Below, in pieces: positions 37,061-50,670 of a DNA stretch of 64,000 nt. Within the stretch, counting starts at the first letter, position 1. Every line of letters starts with the position of its first letter. A program made the translations under genes and the position numbers. The notes beneath the pieces were generated by a model. That model was not told the origin of the DNA and made no database searches. It worked only from the letters and a program-made list of their open reading frames with translations. Source of the stretch: Macrostomum lignano (Eukaryota); contig NIVC01000930.1 of NCBI GenBank assembly GCA_002269645.1, forward strand, positions 186,001 to 250,000, written 5' to 3'.

Positions 37061-38001
37061 ATACACTCGATCTGAGATTTCTAAGAAGAGAATTATTTAA
37101 ATTCATGAAGCTTAAAAGCTTTAGGGCTAAATAAAAGAAAAAACTTATGTGAACTTTTATTTGTGTTAGTATTCAGTATTTTAGAAGTGGAAGATTTTTG
37201 TTAAATAGTTTATGTAAACCTGATTGTTAAAATATAAGGCGCCTTTCTTAGAAGAATGTTGTGCATGCATCATCTTCATTATATAACCTTAATCTTGAAG
37301 ATCATAAAAAGTTTTTTTTTATTCAACGAACAGAAAGTTTCTTCAAGGCAACCAAGCGACAGCAGCTGCATCTTTTTTTGCTAAATTCATATATTTAGAC
37401 ATTTTCCAAATGGCCTTAAATTTGTTGTCTAAGTCACTATGGCCAAAATGTTTTGTCGCTAAAGTAAAGACTAGGCCTAGTCCAACGCCGATGGTGATTG
37501 GTCTTGTCGCCGAAAGTGACTCGTAGCCGTTTGATTCCTATTCACTCTGTTAATATTCTCTGCTTTATGAGTAGGGGGTCCAATGAGAATTTTTTTTTCA
37601 AAATCCAAATTTTTAATCAAGCCATATTGTAGCCCTGGGTATTATGAGTGAAATGACACTAGACTTTTAAAAATTGATCAAGTAATAAAAAAAGTTTTTC
37701 ATTTAAAAAATGGTTTTTTTTCCTATCTCAAATACACTAAAAACTATGCCATTTTTGGGCAAAAAAGCATGTTTTTTGCAGTAAAATGTCTGTAACTTTT
37801 TATTTCATAACCAATTTTAGTGTTTTATTAGGTGTTATTTTGTAGATTTATGTTACCATAACATTTTCTAATATTTTTGTACATATGTACTGTTCTATAT
37901 ATGCAGATATCTGGGGATTAAGACAAAAAAGGGGAAGAAAAATTTTTAAACTAGGGTACCATTCTTTGGCTTTATCACAGTATACTTTCTATTAACCTTA
38001 A

Positions 38002-38576
38002 TGAAGAGCTTGCGTGCACGGCCGCCGTTCACGTAAGCTCAGAATTGCGTGCACGGCAGAGCTATATCTTATAGGCTTACATAGTAAGTCATATACTATT
38101 CGAATTAATATTCAAGTTAACAAAAAACAATGAATTAAGATTACATTTGCAGTCCATGGTGTATGGGAGATAAAACATTATAAAACAACATGCTTGGGCG
38201 CAACCTTGAGATTTACCCGGCCGTTTCTATTGGCAACACACACACATGTAAGTCGCTATTGGACGGAATAGTAGTCACGTGACTGCTCTCAGCCAATAGC
38301 GACTTACATGTGTGTGTTGCCAATAGAAACGGCCGGGTGATTCCCAAAGTTGCGCATGTATGTAAAACAATATAGTAAAAATATTTTTTAATTAGGTTTG
38401 CCAATGCCAATGCGTGGATTTAAGGGCCCCAGTCCCAGCCAATTGCCGGCTGCCGTGCAGGCAATTACAACACTAGGTGGACGGCTGCATACATGCAAAT
38501 AAAGCACTAGGTAGATAGCCGCCGTGCACGCAATTCTGAGCTTACATGAATGGCTGCCGTGCACGCAAGCTCTTCG
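38002..38576. mobile_element. Non-autonomous DNA transposon with ~65-bp TIRs and 9-bp TSD TAACCTTAA (MULE-like)
   Basis: Termini TGAAGAGCTTGCGTGCACGG and GCCGTGCACGCAAGCTCTTCG; TSD at 37993-38001 and 38577-38585. Confidence 0.85.
38189..38362. mobile_element. Palindromic MITE, copy 2, nested in the previous element; 8-bp TSD TAAAACAA (hAT-like)
   Basis: TSD at 38181-38188 and 38363-38370; near-perfect hairpin centred on AGTCACGTGACT. Confidence 0.85.
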
Positions 38577-41500
38577 TAACCTTAATTTGTATTACTTCAT
38601 GTCAAAGTAATACTTGTATACTATAATTAGTAAGATTTTTGACTTTCTACTGTAAGTAGTATGCAAATAGTTGACCATTATTTCCATGAAAATGGGTCTT
38701 CTAAAGTACCACCTCTGGATGTCTAAAAATTGATGTAGCTCCTGTCAATCATAATCGTCTATCTTCATGCTGGACTCATTCAAAAGCCTTTTGTAGTCCA
38801 TCTGACAACTGTAATGAATTGATGCTTTACTAAATAATGTTACTAAATCATGTACTTTCATGTTTGAAAAGGCCCTGCCCGAATTCAGCAATTGAATCTA
38901 TCTTTACAGTTTACCTGCATCATTTGATTCATTTACTTGTTTACTGTGTCCACTTTTCAGCACAAAGCTTTTCGTGGTAATCCAGTCAATTTGTCTGCTA
39001 CCAATTCATCTGCAGTCAGCTCGTCAGCAAATATCTGAATGAACATTTTGTCTGCTGTGCTGGTCTTCTCATTGTACTATGAGTCTACTACAGTACTACA
39101 GCTGTAGCTACTATAGTCAAGCCAGTCAGGCATGATCGAGACAATGTTACAGGGTGGGTTTCAGGGCCTTGACACGAATGTAGGTCGCACCATCGGCAGT
39201 GTCTAGGGTGTCGGCTGCATCAGCCAGCAGGCAGTCAAGAAAACGCGAGTGTGTGCCTTTCGTCTCCAGTATTACAGTGCCTGCAGCGTCAGTAGCATCT
39301 GCACTAGCTGCAGGCGGTACGAATTGGCTTGGATAACATGGCCTGGTAGCTGGAGACTGGAGTCGCCAAGTGCGCAACAGTTTGCTAGGACAGGACACCA
39401 GTTCGGCGATAGAGTGTCGCATTGGTGACTCGCTCGTAGCCAATCTAACAATCTTAAGGGCAATACACAGTGTGATTAAATTGTGTATGTACATGTACAT
39501 GTATGAGAGTATGACAGTCGATTCGTCTGCTCCCGTTTTCATCCCCATCCACTTTATCTGCAAGTAGCTGAATTGACTAAGAACCTCTTTAGTCAGCTCA
39601 GCTTTTACTTAGTTGGTATATTTTAGTGCTTTAATATTTTTAATTAGCTTGGCAGAATGCCTTAGTCTGCCTGCAGACACTGAACTAGACGTACTTTGTA
39701 ACCTGTGGGAGGCAGTAACAAAAGTGAAGTAGAAGGTGCGGGACCTGTAGAGGTCGAAGATGCGCGAGGAAGCTGCTGGCCAGGCACTTGTCTTTCCTGC
39801 AGTGGTCCTAGCTGCAACTGTGCCAGAGTCGACTTCCAGCATGCCAGTTTGCCAACCTTTGCTGCTGCTGCCGCCTGGTCCCCTTTAGAGAAGAGGGGCG
39901 CTGATGCAGGCCTTCGAGAAGCTGTGCCCAGCTGAAATGATCAGAGGCGACTGTGTAGAAAGCTACACCATGAGCTTGTCAGGCACTCATAGCAGATACT
40001 GTACAGTGTAGTTGCAGCGTGTCTGGCATCTAAAAGATCTGCAAATAAAAGATGGATTAGTGAGAAATGCATAAAAGATAAAGTATATTGTAAGTCCTGC
40101 TATCCATTTTTGAAAAAATTGCATATCTGACTTCTTTTCGAATGTACAACCCCTCAATGTGCATTTTCCTATCTCTGTAGTGTATTTGCATGTACACGTG
40201 TGCCAACTATGCTTAATAACTTTGGTGTGGCAAAAGTTATCAGGATGTGCCTTTAGGACAAAGAGCTTGGCCTGTTTTGCTATCATTTTTTGAAGAAACT
40301 AATTGGCCATTCTTTAGAGCTTCGAAAATTTCCCAATTTTTATGTCCCTTATAGGGATTTGCATGCATTTTGACGATTTCTGTTAAGCATACTGCGGCAA
40401 GAGTTACACTCATTCTGTCTTGCCTAAAAGTTTTATTTTGTCACTAGAAGTAAGTAGCAAAAAGAATTAGGGTGGCCGCTCTTTCCATTCAAAAGTTATG
40501 GCCATTTTAAATTTTACATGTACATGTACATATTTTTGAACAAAAAAAGTTTGCTTAAAATGACCTGCAGGAAGTTACCTACACCCAATGTTCAAGCATT
40601 CTTAGCCATTATGCACTCTTTTACTAAAAAACGAATCCTCCCAACCCCATATTTTCAAGCAAATTCGGCACAGTTTTGAAAATGTACGAAAATGTACACG
40701 ATGTTTGACAGTCTGTATCTTTGTAATCGTATGTCCTAAACATGTAAACTATATGTCGTTTGAAAGATTTATTTGTCTATTTTTCAATGAATTTAAGAAC
40801 ATAGCCATATCTTACATATTAAAAAAGTTACAGCCATTTAAAGAAGACCACTTTTTTACATTTTTTCGTTTTTGCACATGCTAAAAATAGGCTCACTGGA
40901 CACCCTATTATGAGTATTCTAATTCTAATCTAATATGCTTATTACTATTAGACTTAGAGTAACAACAACATTCAACAATGATAATGTCAATAACAAGATG
41001 GGTCAGGCCGCGGCCTATCAATCAGTATCAGTTTTTAGAAAACAATCGAGAAACCCACTTTTGCCTCCTTACTGACCACCAAATAAAGAAAGATGTGTCT
41101 TCTCTAGTTTTAAGTTAGAATTTTTTATGTTAGCCTAATAAGGCCTTTATTGCAAAGTTTTCATTGAAATAATAAAATTTGTTGTAGGCCTATTTTGTAT
41201 TATTATTATAGGCCTAGGCCTTTAATTTTTAGGGCTACATTCTATGAGTATGATGGTTGTAGATTTCAGGATATCTAGATATAATACTGGTTTTGATATG
41301 AAAAAGATTATTTGTAGGCCTATTGTACATGTTTTTTGTCCTATAAAATAGCAAGTCTGTGTTGTAGTTTATATAGACAAAAATGTTTTAGAACTGTAGT
41401 TTTATTTAGAAAAATGAAACAGATTTTAGTAGATATAGGTATAAGTCATTTTATCAGCTGTCATTTTTTCTACTATTCTATTCCAAATCTTACAATAGCT

Positions 41501-41644
41501 AGCTACACAGAAAATTCTAATATACAATTGTCAATAGACTTTAAAAAGGTTAGCATATAGTATTTAGCATATAAAATAACCTAGGCCTACTCAGAAAATT
41601 GTGCATAGCATAGGGCTTATGGTATAGCCACTATTGGTAGAATT

Positions 41645-42197
41645 CTAGTTATTTCACCCCAAAACTGTTTTGGCCATAGACATTTCATCCCTAGACCATT
41701 TTGCCTATAGTCCATTTTGCCTAAACACTAGTTCAGCTATACATGTTTTGGCCAAAATGGTAATTATATAATTATATAGAGATACAGCCATATATATATT
41801 ATTATTTTCTTTTTTAATGCTAAATTTTATTTTTAATGTAAAATAAAATATGATCTGAATTATTGCTACAACAATTGTATTATTGTTTTATTGCAATTTG
41901 TTTATTATGATGTGAATTATTATAAGTTGTTTTAAAAGTCATTCTTTTTAAGTGTGACAATTAAGGCCAATTTGAATAATCAAAAGATAAGAAAGGGTTT
42001 TGGTTACAAGCAAGGTGAAGCTAGAAATTGGCCTAAAAGATTTGTCATCAAAATTGAGAATCAAAGCACAAAGTTTAAAACTGTAAAGTTTAGAAATAGT
42101 CCATGGCCAAAATGGTCTATGGGCAAAATGTCCATGGCCAAAATGGTCTATGGGCAAAATGTTCATGGCTAAAATGGTTTATAAGCAAAATTATCAG
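41645..42197. mobile_element. Non-autonomous element with inverted arms built from ~15-bp subrepeats (CCATTTTGGCCATAG)
   Basis: 41660-41722 vs 42100-42197, inverted and diverged. Confidence 0.55.
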
Positions 42198-42199
42198 TT

Positions 42200-42760
42200 A
42201 GGCCTATGGTACCTGTCCATTTCAGCAACAAACCATTTCAGTGACACCCATTTTGGCAACAGGTCAATTTGGCATCAACTAGTTTGGTGACAAATATGAT
42301 AGAAAAATTACAAGTATCTACGGTATAGTGAACTACCCCTTAGCTAACATGACCCCCCAGCAGGCATTTTGTTAAAACTGTTTTAGAATTGAATGCCAAA
42401 GTTTCAGACTCACCTTATTATATTATCTGATTGATACTTTCGCTGTCCCTCTATGTACATCATTTAGGTTTTATACTGTCAACACATTGATTAAGTTTTA
42501 CATTAAAAATTGTTTTAACATAGTTTTAACAAAGCTTGTAAAGTTTAATGTAAAGTTTTACACTATAATTCATTTTAACAACATTTAAACAAAGGTTGTA
42601 AATTTGTGTAAGTTCTGAAATTTTTTGTTCCTATGAGATAAAAATATATTCAAAATCCTATTTAAGAATTGTTGCCAAAATGGTTGTTGCCAAATTGACC
42701 TATTGCCAAAATGGGTATCGCTGAAATGGTTTGTTGCCAAAATGGACCAGATTCAGGCCT
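42200..42760. mobile_element. Non-autonomous element with ~60-bp TIRs of 15-bp subrepeats (CCATTTTGGCAACAA), with AGGCCTA at both ends
   Basis: 42215-42275 matches the reverse complement of 42687-42747. Confidence 0.7.
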
Positions 42761-45700
42761 ACCTATTGCCATATAAAAGACCAAAATATTGTAATGTAAA
42801 AAATGGTCTTATATTGCTGCAATGCAAAAAAGGTCTTTTTATTGTTGCAATACCTTTTTTATAATGTCCAGTGTATATATCACTAGTATATTTGTTTTTC
42901 TAGTATAAATTTTAATTTATAGTTTAGTGGGGTCATTTTTTCTAGTATACCATAAAATAGATTTATGAGTGTATCTGCTAGAGATCTATGCTAATATAGA
43001 CAATTAATCTGCTATTGTGTCCAATGAAAACAATATACCATAGTCCAGATCACGCTAAGTGCATAGCCAAACAAAAATTGACTAATTACAAATGCATGCC
43101 AAAAAGTTCAAGTGCACACATATTTTTAAATCTATGCCAATATTGCAACAATAATGACCTTTTTGAGTTGATTATGAGACCCTTTTGAGTAATAATTTGG
43201 TTGATTATTTGCTTTTTTGCCTATACTATATATAGCAAAAAATCAATACACACTAATATTTGTTCAAATGCCTTATTACAAGCTTAAGAAACCTAGAAAG
43301 CTTGAAATTTATGCTTAAAAATGAGCTTTTTGATCTTTTTCCTCTTAACACTAACTCTTTTACTTGATTCTATAAGGTGCATGCCAGGTGTGCAAACACA
43401 CTTTTCTTAGGAGTGATGCACATCAACTGTGCGCATCTACTTTTGGCATGCAAGGCCAGTAATGCATGCCCAAATTTTTAGGTATACACTACATGATCTG
43501 GAGTATGGACAATACCTATCAATGAAGCAATAAAGTATGTAATGGTTCAAAGAGCAATTGCTACAAAAAGTATCTATTTTTACCATTTAGTGCAACTTTT
43601 GTTAAGATGAATATAGATTCATCTTAGGTTTTGAATGTATATTTTGGTAGAAATTTTGCACAAAGTAGGGCTGCAAATGTTTTTTTCTGCGCATTTCTTG
43701 TAACATCACAAGTAATAAATAAACTTAATATATAGTAGGGGCTTAAATACATTATAAAATCACATTTAAAATGTCAATATCAAAGTTTAAAATCACAGTT
43801 AAAAATAAAAGCTAAATTACACAATGTCATCTCTTCAAAGTACGAGTATGTTATGCAACAGACAAACAAACTCTAACATTTTCCCTTTGCTTTGAATTTT
43901 GGGACTAAGCACAAATTAATTAATCATATAATTGTAATATGCAATATATCATGTAGTCATGCAAAAACAAACAGTGAATATATCCATCATTGAATAGTCA
44001 TTTTGTCTACTGGCAGATGAACTAAGAGCAAACAAAATAATTGCATCCTATAGATATGCTAGTTATTGCCACAAAAATTGCTACATATTATAAAAATAAT
44101 TGCTTTTGAATTACTATGAATTTTGGTTGCCTGATCATCTTAAGTGGTTTTTTCTATGATGTCTATGATGTTACAAATCAGTAAAGTTTACAAAATTAGA
44201 GCACAAAAAAAGCTGACTAGGGCTGTATATCATAGCATAGACCTATATGGAGCTAAAGTCTATGGTTATCTATAAGCTGTCTTTATTTTAATCATTGCTA
44301 ATTTGCATATTGCTTGAATGCTAGTAATTGTTTATTGATCATATCAAAATGCATATGAATTATATCAAATTGTAGCTCATTCTGGATCAATCTAGATAGT
44401 GAATGCAAGTATTATAATAGACAATAGACTGGATCACAAATCAGAATGATTATCCTTGTTCAAGGCTTGCAACTCTCTACTTTCTAGGTAATTTTGGATT
44501 TTGGACTTCACCCAATTTTGGATAAATGGCAGAATTATTTATAACTATATTATTAAAGCTAAATGACTTGTGATCTAATTAGGACTGCATGTAGATTACT
44601 TCTATGTATTTTTCAGGTGGGCAGTTTTGCAACTTACCTTGGCTAGGCGCTAGGCCCTTTGCCAGCCAGCTAAGATTGGCTAGCTTGGGCAGGTATTGCT
44701 TATGTATTGCATGTATGATCTTTAAAGTCCCTTTAGCCTGCAAAAAGACTAATAGAAAGAAAAATGTCTAGCTAAGAGTTTTATAGTCAAGGACTTATAT
44801 ATTAACATTTGGTACAAAAATCCTATGATAATTGTAGCTAACTTGATAAAGGTTTTTTGTGTAATGTATGAAACATCATGAAAACTAAATTTTACTATAT
44901 ACTTGTAAAAGTACATATAGGTAGCTAATCTTTTGTGTATTTTCCTAATACTATACATGCTAGAACCATGCAAAAAACTTTGAAACTATTTTTATGATAG
45001 TCATAGCTACTGCTATTGAAATTTCACTGATTTTGAAATTTCAAGGCAAATTTCTCTTTTAGAAGAGCCTTTTTAAAAAAAGCTTTCCAAAACTATGCAT
45101 AAGGCAATATAGTCCAAAAATATTTAAACCAATGATATTTATAGGAAGCTAAAAATGAAATTAAAAAGACTATTATATATTGTGACACTTATTTGGGACT
45201 AGATGTAGGCTTACATTATAATTTTGCAAAAACTTCCATCTATTCAATAGGCCATTACTATAAAATTGGGACTTGCATCCTATTTCCTATATTTCCTACA
45301 TCCTATTGTATCAGCATATAGAGTTGCATTTATGAATATTGTGGTTGGTTATAATTAGAACTTTTGTATATTTTTGTCATTTTACTTTAAGACTAGATTA
45401 GGTATTTCTGGTATTACAGAACAAATACATAATCTAAACTATGGGTACCTATGTACAAAAAGAAAAAAAATATATATGCAATGAAATATGCTAGGCATGT
45501 AATGCAAGTATAATATATAACATTCAAACCTAAATATTTGTTAATCTATAATTGTTTTATATATTCATGTATAAATTCAACATTATATAGGCCATGTTTT
45601 CTTAGTTATGATTGAAAATGTGAAGATTGAATGTAGTTAAGCAAATTACCCAAAAATATAGGTCAGGCAAAGTTGTCTATTTAATGACTTATCTTAGTTA

Positions 45701-46496
45701 TACTATAAGTTACATTTTTTCTTTTTGGATAAAAGAGAAAGTTCTTGCAGTTTCCAAAGTTAAGCCTATAGAAATTTCTAGAAGCTTACAGAAGGTTTTG
45801 TGTGCAGAGGTGTATAAATGCCATTGACTGATGCAGATCAACCCAGATTCAAGTTTCAGCTATAGAGCTAACAGTACCTTTACATGTACTTTAAGTATTT
45901 CAATTCATAGTGGGCTTTATTACAAACTGCAAGAACTTTCTGTTTTACCAAATAAATAATTCCATTTGGCTGGGTAAGCTTGTAGGCTTGTTTCATAACT
46001 GGGGTAGTTAAACATGACATTTTATCTTTAAAATGGTATGCTAATTTGTTATATTTGTCTAAAAAATCAGAGTAATGCAAAGCAACATATATTAAAACTT
46101 AAAAAATGCCCAACCAGAGCCTTAGTGTTTTATTCTTCCTTGAGCAATGATATCAGTTTTCCTCTTAAGTCCTAACTTTAAACTCTCATTTGATTTGTTG
46201 TGTTATGGTAGTATTCTATATTACTAACATGGCATCTTGAAAGACTATGTACACTTGTACAGTGTGCTAATTCTTTATGAAATAGAAAACTGTTTAAATA
46301 GAAAGCTAATTTATACAGCATATAATTCTGTTTGCTTTATGACAATGCCATTGATTTCTTGTTCAATCTAACATTGAAGTCGCTAGTTAGTCAGATTTCT
46401 TCAAGTCACAAGCATTCCTAAGTGGCAAAAAAGATTAAAAAATTTCCGCACTATACTACTTAAATTAGTAGCTAAAAGTTGAATAAATTATTGAGC

Positions 46497-48643
46497 ATGG
46501 AAGATGAATACGAATCGCTGCTGCCAGATAGCACGCCCAGTCAGCACATGGTTGCGGGAGCCTGCGCCGGGGTGATGGAGCACACCATTGTGTATCCGGT
46601 TGATTGCGTCAAAACCCGGCTGCAGTGCCTGCGCCCGCTTGAAGGCGCTCGCTATGCCGGCTTGATTGACGGACTGAGAACGCTGATGCAAACTGAGGGC
46701 ATTGGAAGGTCGCTGCGCGGCATCGGCGCCGTGGTTGCCGGAGCTGGGCCCGCCCATGCAATGTACTTTTCCTGCTACGAACAGGCCAAACGGAGCCTAT
46801 TGGGTCTGGGCTGGAATGAACGGGCCAGCTATCTAGTTAGCGCTATTGGGGCTACTCTGCTGCACGACGCTATTATGACGCCCGCAGATGGTCAGTTGCT
46901 TCTTGATATTAGCAAATTTTCACTGCTTGCTTGTTGCTAGGCGGCTCCAGGTGTGATATTTTGTTTCAGAAGACTGAGATTCCGGTTTGAGTTTGATGAG
47001 AGTGACATTCCTGCTGTTGGTTTCCCAGTTTGATGAGAGTGACATTCCTAGTGTGAGTTTCCCAGTTTGATGAGAGTGACATTCCTGGTGTGAGTTTCCC
47101 AGTTTGATGAGAGTGACATTCCTAGTGTGAGTTTCCCAGTTTGATGAGAGTGACATTCCTAGTGTGAGTTTCCCAGTTTGATGAGAGTGACATTCCTGGT
47201 GTGAGTTTCCCAGTTTGATGAGGGTGACATTCCTGGTGTGAGTTTCCCAGTTTGATGAGGGTGACATTCCTGGTGTGAGTTTCCCAGTTTGATGAGAGTG
47301 ACATTCCTGGTGTGAGTTTCCCAGTTTGATGAGGGTGACATTCCTGGTGTGAGTTTCCCAGTTTGATGAGAGTGACATTCCTGGTGTGAGTTTCCCAGTT
47401 TGATGAGAGTGACATTCCTAGTGTGAGTTTCCCAGTTTGATGAGAGTGACATTCCTGGTGTGAGTTTCCCAGTTTGATGAGAGTGACATTCCTGGTGTGA
47501 GTTTCTCTATTTGATGAGAGTGACATTCATAGTGTGAGTTTCCCAGTTTGATGAGAGTGACATTCCTGGTGTGAGTTTCCCAGTTTGATGAGGGTGACAT
47601 TCCTGGTGTGAGTTTCCCAGTTTGATGAGAGTGACATTCCTGGTGTGAGTTTCCCAGTTTGATAAGGTTGACATTCCTGGTGTGAGTTTCCCAGTTTGAT
47701 AAGGTTGACATTCCTGGTGTGAGTTTCCCAGTTTGATAAGGTTGACATTCCTGGTGTGAGTTTCCCAGTTTGATGAGGGTGACATTCCTGGTGTGAGTTT
47801 CCCAGTTTGATGAGAGTGACATTCCTGGTGTGAGTTTCTCAGTTTGATGAGAGTGACATTCTTGGTGTGAGTTTCCCAGTTTGATGAGAGTGACATTCCT
47901 GGTGTGAATTTCACAGTTTGATGAGAGTGACATTCCGGTCTGAGATCCCAGCCTTCTACATATCAAAGAGCTGCTCAACCCTAGTACAGGTACTGTGGTT
48001 AACCTGCAAAGTCTGCAATATCTGGCACCAACCCATTGCACCCGCAGCTGTCAAGCAGCGAGTCCAGATGTTCCGCTCTCCCTACTCCGGCTGCATCGAC
48101 TGTCTCCGCTCCGTTCTTCGTTCCGAAGGCGTCTCGGCTCTGTACCGCGCCTACGGCACCCAGCTGAGCATGAACATACCCTTTCACATGGTACATTTTA
48201 GCGCCTACGAGTTGGGTCAGGATCTGCTCAATCCTCAGAGGAATTACGCACCCCATACTCACGTACTAAGCGGAGCTTTTGCCGGCGGTTGCGCCGCCGC
48301 CTGCACCAACCCGTTGGACGTGTGCAAGACCCTGCTGAACACTCAGGAACGATGCGCACTGCAGGCCGCTGGCACCGCTGCTAGCACTGAGATCGGTGGC
48401 CCCGCCGCCGCTGCTGCCGCCTCCAGCCCGACTCAGAATCGAGTAATTATCAGTTCATTCTTATCCGCAGCTAAAACTGTTTACCAATTAGAAGGCCTAT
48501 CGGGTTACTTTCGCGGCGTACAAGCCAGGGTGGTGTTTCAAATGCCCGGCACCGCTATCTCTTGGTCCGTGTACGAAACCTTTAAATGGTATTTGAGGCA
48601 GAGATCCGCCAATGCCAAGCAGCAGCAGAGCCAGCAAACTTAG
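46497..48643 (+). CDS. mfrn: Mitoferrin (mitochondrial iron carrier, SLC25A28/37), 329 aa; exons 46497-46890 and 48048-48643
   Basis: YESLLP ... HMVAGACAGVMEHTIVYPVDCVKTRLQ ... GAGPAHAMYFSCYE ... HDAIMTPAD|AVKQRVQM ... YGTQLSMNIPF ... PLDVCKTLLNTQE ... MPGTAISWSVYETFK; phase-1 GT-AG intron. Confidence 0.95.
46990..47935. repeat. 37-bp minisatellite, ~25 copies, mitoferrin intron
   Basis: Unit GTTTGATGAGAGTGACATTCCTGGTGTGAGTTTCCCA. Confidence 0.97.
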
Positions 48644-48769
48644 CCTTAACTGGCGCTTGTTCCATCATCCTCTGATCCCTCCTTGACCTGTCCTTAACCG
48701 TTTGGCCTTTTTGATTAGCTCTGCCGCGACAGATAGAGTGAGATTATCTAATTGATTCTGTTATATATC

Positions 48770-49790
48770 GGGGCTGAGATTATCCTATGTTTATCTATGC
48801 AGGTCAGATTATCAATCTGTTGTCTATGAGGGGCTAAGATTATCTATATGTTGTCTATGGGGCTGAGATTATCAATCTGTCGTTTATGGGGGGCTGAGAT
48901 TATCAATCTGTTGTCTATCGGGGGCTGAGGTTATCAATCTGTTGTCTATTGGGGGCTGAGATTATCAATCTGTTGTCTATCGGGGGCTGAGATTATCAAT
49001 CAGTTGTCTATTGGGGACTGAGATTATCAATCTGTTGTCTATTGGGGACTGAGATTATCAATCTGTTGTCTATTGGAGGCTGAGATTATCAATATGTTGT
49101 CTATTGGGGGCTGAGATTATCAATATGTTGTCTATTGGGGGCTGAGATTATCAATATGTTGTCTATTGGGGGGTGAGATTATCAATGTGTTGTCTATGGG
49201 GGGGCTGAGATTATCTATCTGTTGTCTATGGGGCTGAGATTATCAATCTGTTGTCTATTGGGGGCTGAGATTATCAATCTGTTGTCTATTGGGGGCTGAG
49301 ATTATCAATCTGTTGTCTATTGGGAGCTGAGATTATCAATCTGTTGTCTATTGGGAGCTGAGATTATCAATCTGTTGTCTATTGGGGGCTGAGATTATCA
49401 ATCTGTTGTCTATTGGGGGCTGAGATTATCAATCTGTTGTCTATTGGAGGCTGAGATTATCAATCTGTTGTCTATTGGAGGCTGAGATTATCAATCTGTT
49501 GTCTATTGGGGGCTGAGATTATCAATCTGTTGTCTATTGGAGGCTGAGATTATCAATCTGTTGTCTATTGGAGGCTGAGATTATCAATCTGTTGTCTATT
49601 CGGGGCTGAGATTATCAATCTATTGTCTATCGGGGGCTGAGATTATCAATCTGTTGTCTATTGGGAGCTGAGATTATCAATCTGTTGTCTATTGGGTGCT
49701 GAGATTATCAATATGTTGTCTATTGGGAGCTGAGATTATCAATCTGTTGTCTATTGGGAGCTGATATTATCAATCTATTGTCTATGGTTT
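48770..49790. repeat. 31-bp minisatellite, ~33 copies, 3' of mitoferrin
   Basis: Unit GGGCTGAGATTATCAATCTGTTGTCTATTGG. Confidence 0.97.
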
Positions 49791-50521
49791 CAATGAACAG
49801 CACGACAATTTTAGGCTTGTCATTACTAATGTCTATACCGGTAGTAAATTCTGTAAGCTTTAGTATTCAGTTGATTTTCAATCGCACCTTTGAGCTTGAT
49901 CCATTCAATATGGCGAGAAGTGTGTTTGACCCCAGTGACTTTGTTGCATATTTTCTAAATCGCGCTTTGCTTTAAACGTTATTTAGTAGTTTGTGTGTGT
50001 TTCTATTAGGTTACCCTGTACTGATTTGCTTTGATTGATTTCACCTATGGGTTGCATTATTTACTTTAATTTTTTATCCCGTCTCCGCTTCCAAGTGTGC
50101 TAAATCAACTAAGATAAACTCTTTTGCTTCAAGACTTCTGTGCTTGTCCTGTTACTCCTAAGCTAGCTGAAATTGATTAGCTGAATTATAACACTTCTAT
50201 TCAATTAGAGAACATTAGAATTAAAATCAATTTAGAATCCTTACTATACTACTTGTATCGGCTGTCTGTGTCAGTAGTGCGATTGCGAATAGCTTTAATT
50301 TTTGTTCAATGTCAAATTTCTTCTATATATAGTATGCGCTGATCTCTTTTACGGTTGTCTTGCGTGCTCCGCTCTAAACTGCGCCTTTGCTCCATTGCAG
50401 CTGGCATTTGCAGTTCTCAATTGTGAGGATTTCAAGCCAGTCTAGAGCATTAATCTGCATTGATTTGCTGTTGCCTGACCTGGCTGTCTTAATGAGAAAT
50501 AAAGCTGGGGAATTGATTGAT

Positions 50522-50557
50522 TGACAGACAGACAGACTGACTGACAGACACACAGAC

Positions 50558-50609
<52 letters not shown>

Positions 50610-50670
50610 GGACAGGCAGTCAGACTGACACACAAACACAGACAGACAGAGTCACAGGCAGGCAGGTAAG
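50522..50670. repeat. (GACA)n microsatellite
   Basis: Direct reading. Confidence 0.95.

Noticed and set aside
46920-48041. Multiple repeat ORFs antisense to mitoferrin
   Set aside because: Translations of the 37-bp intronic array.
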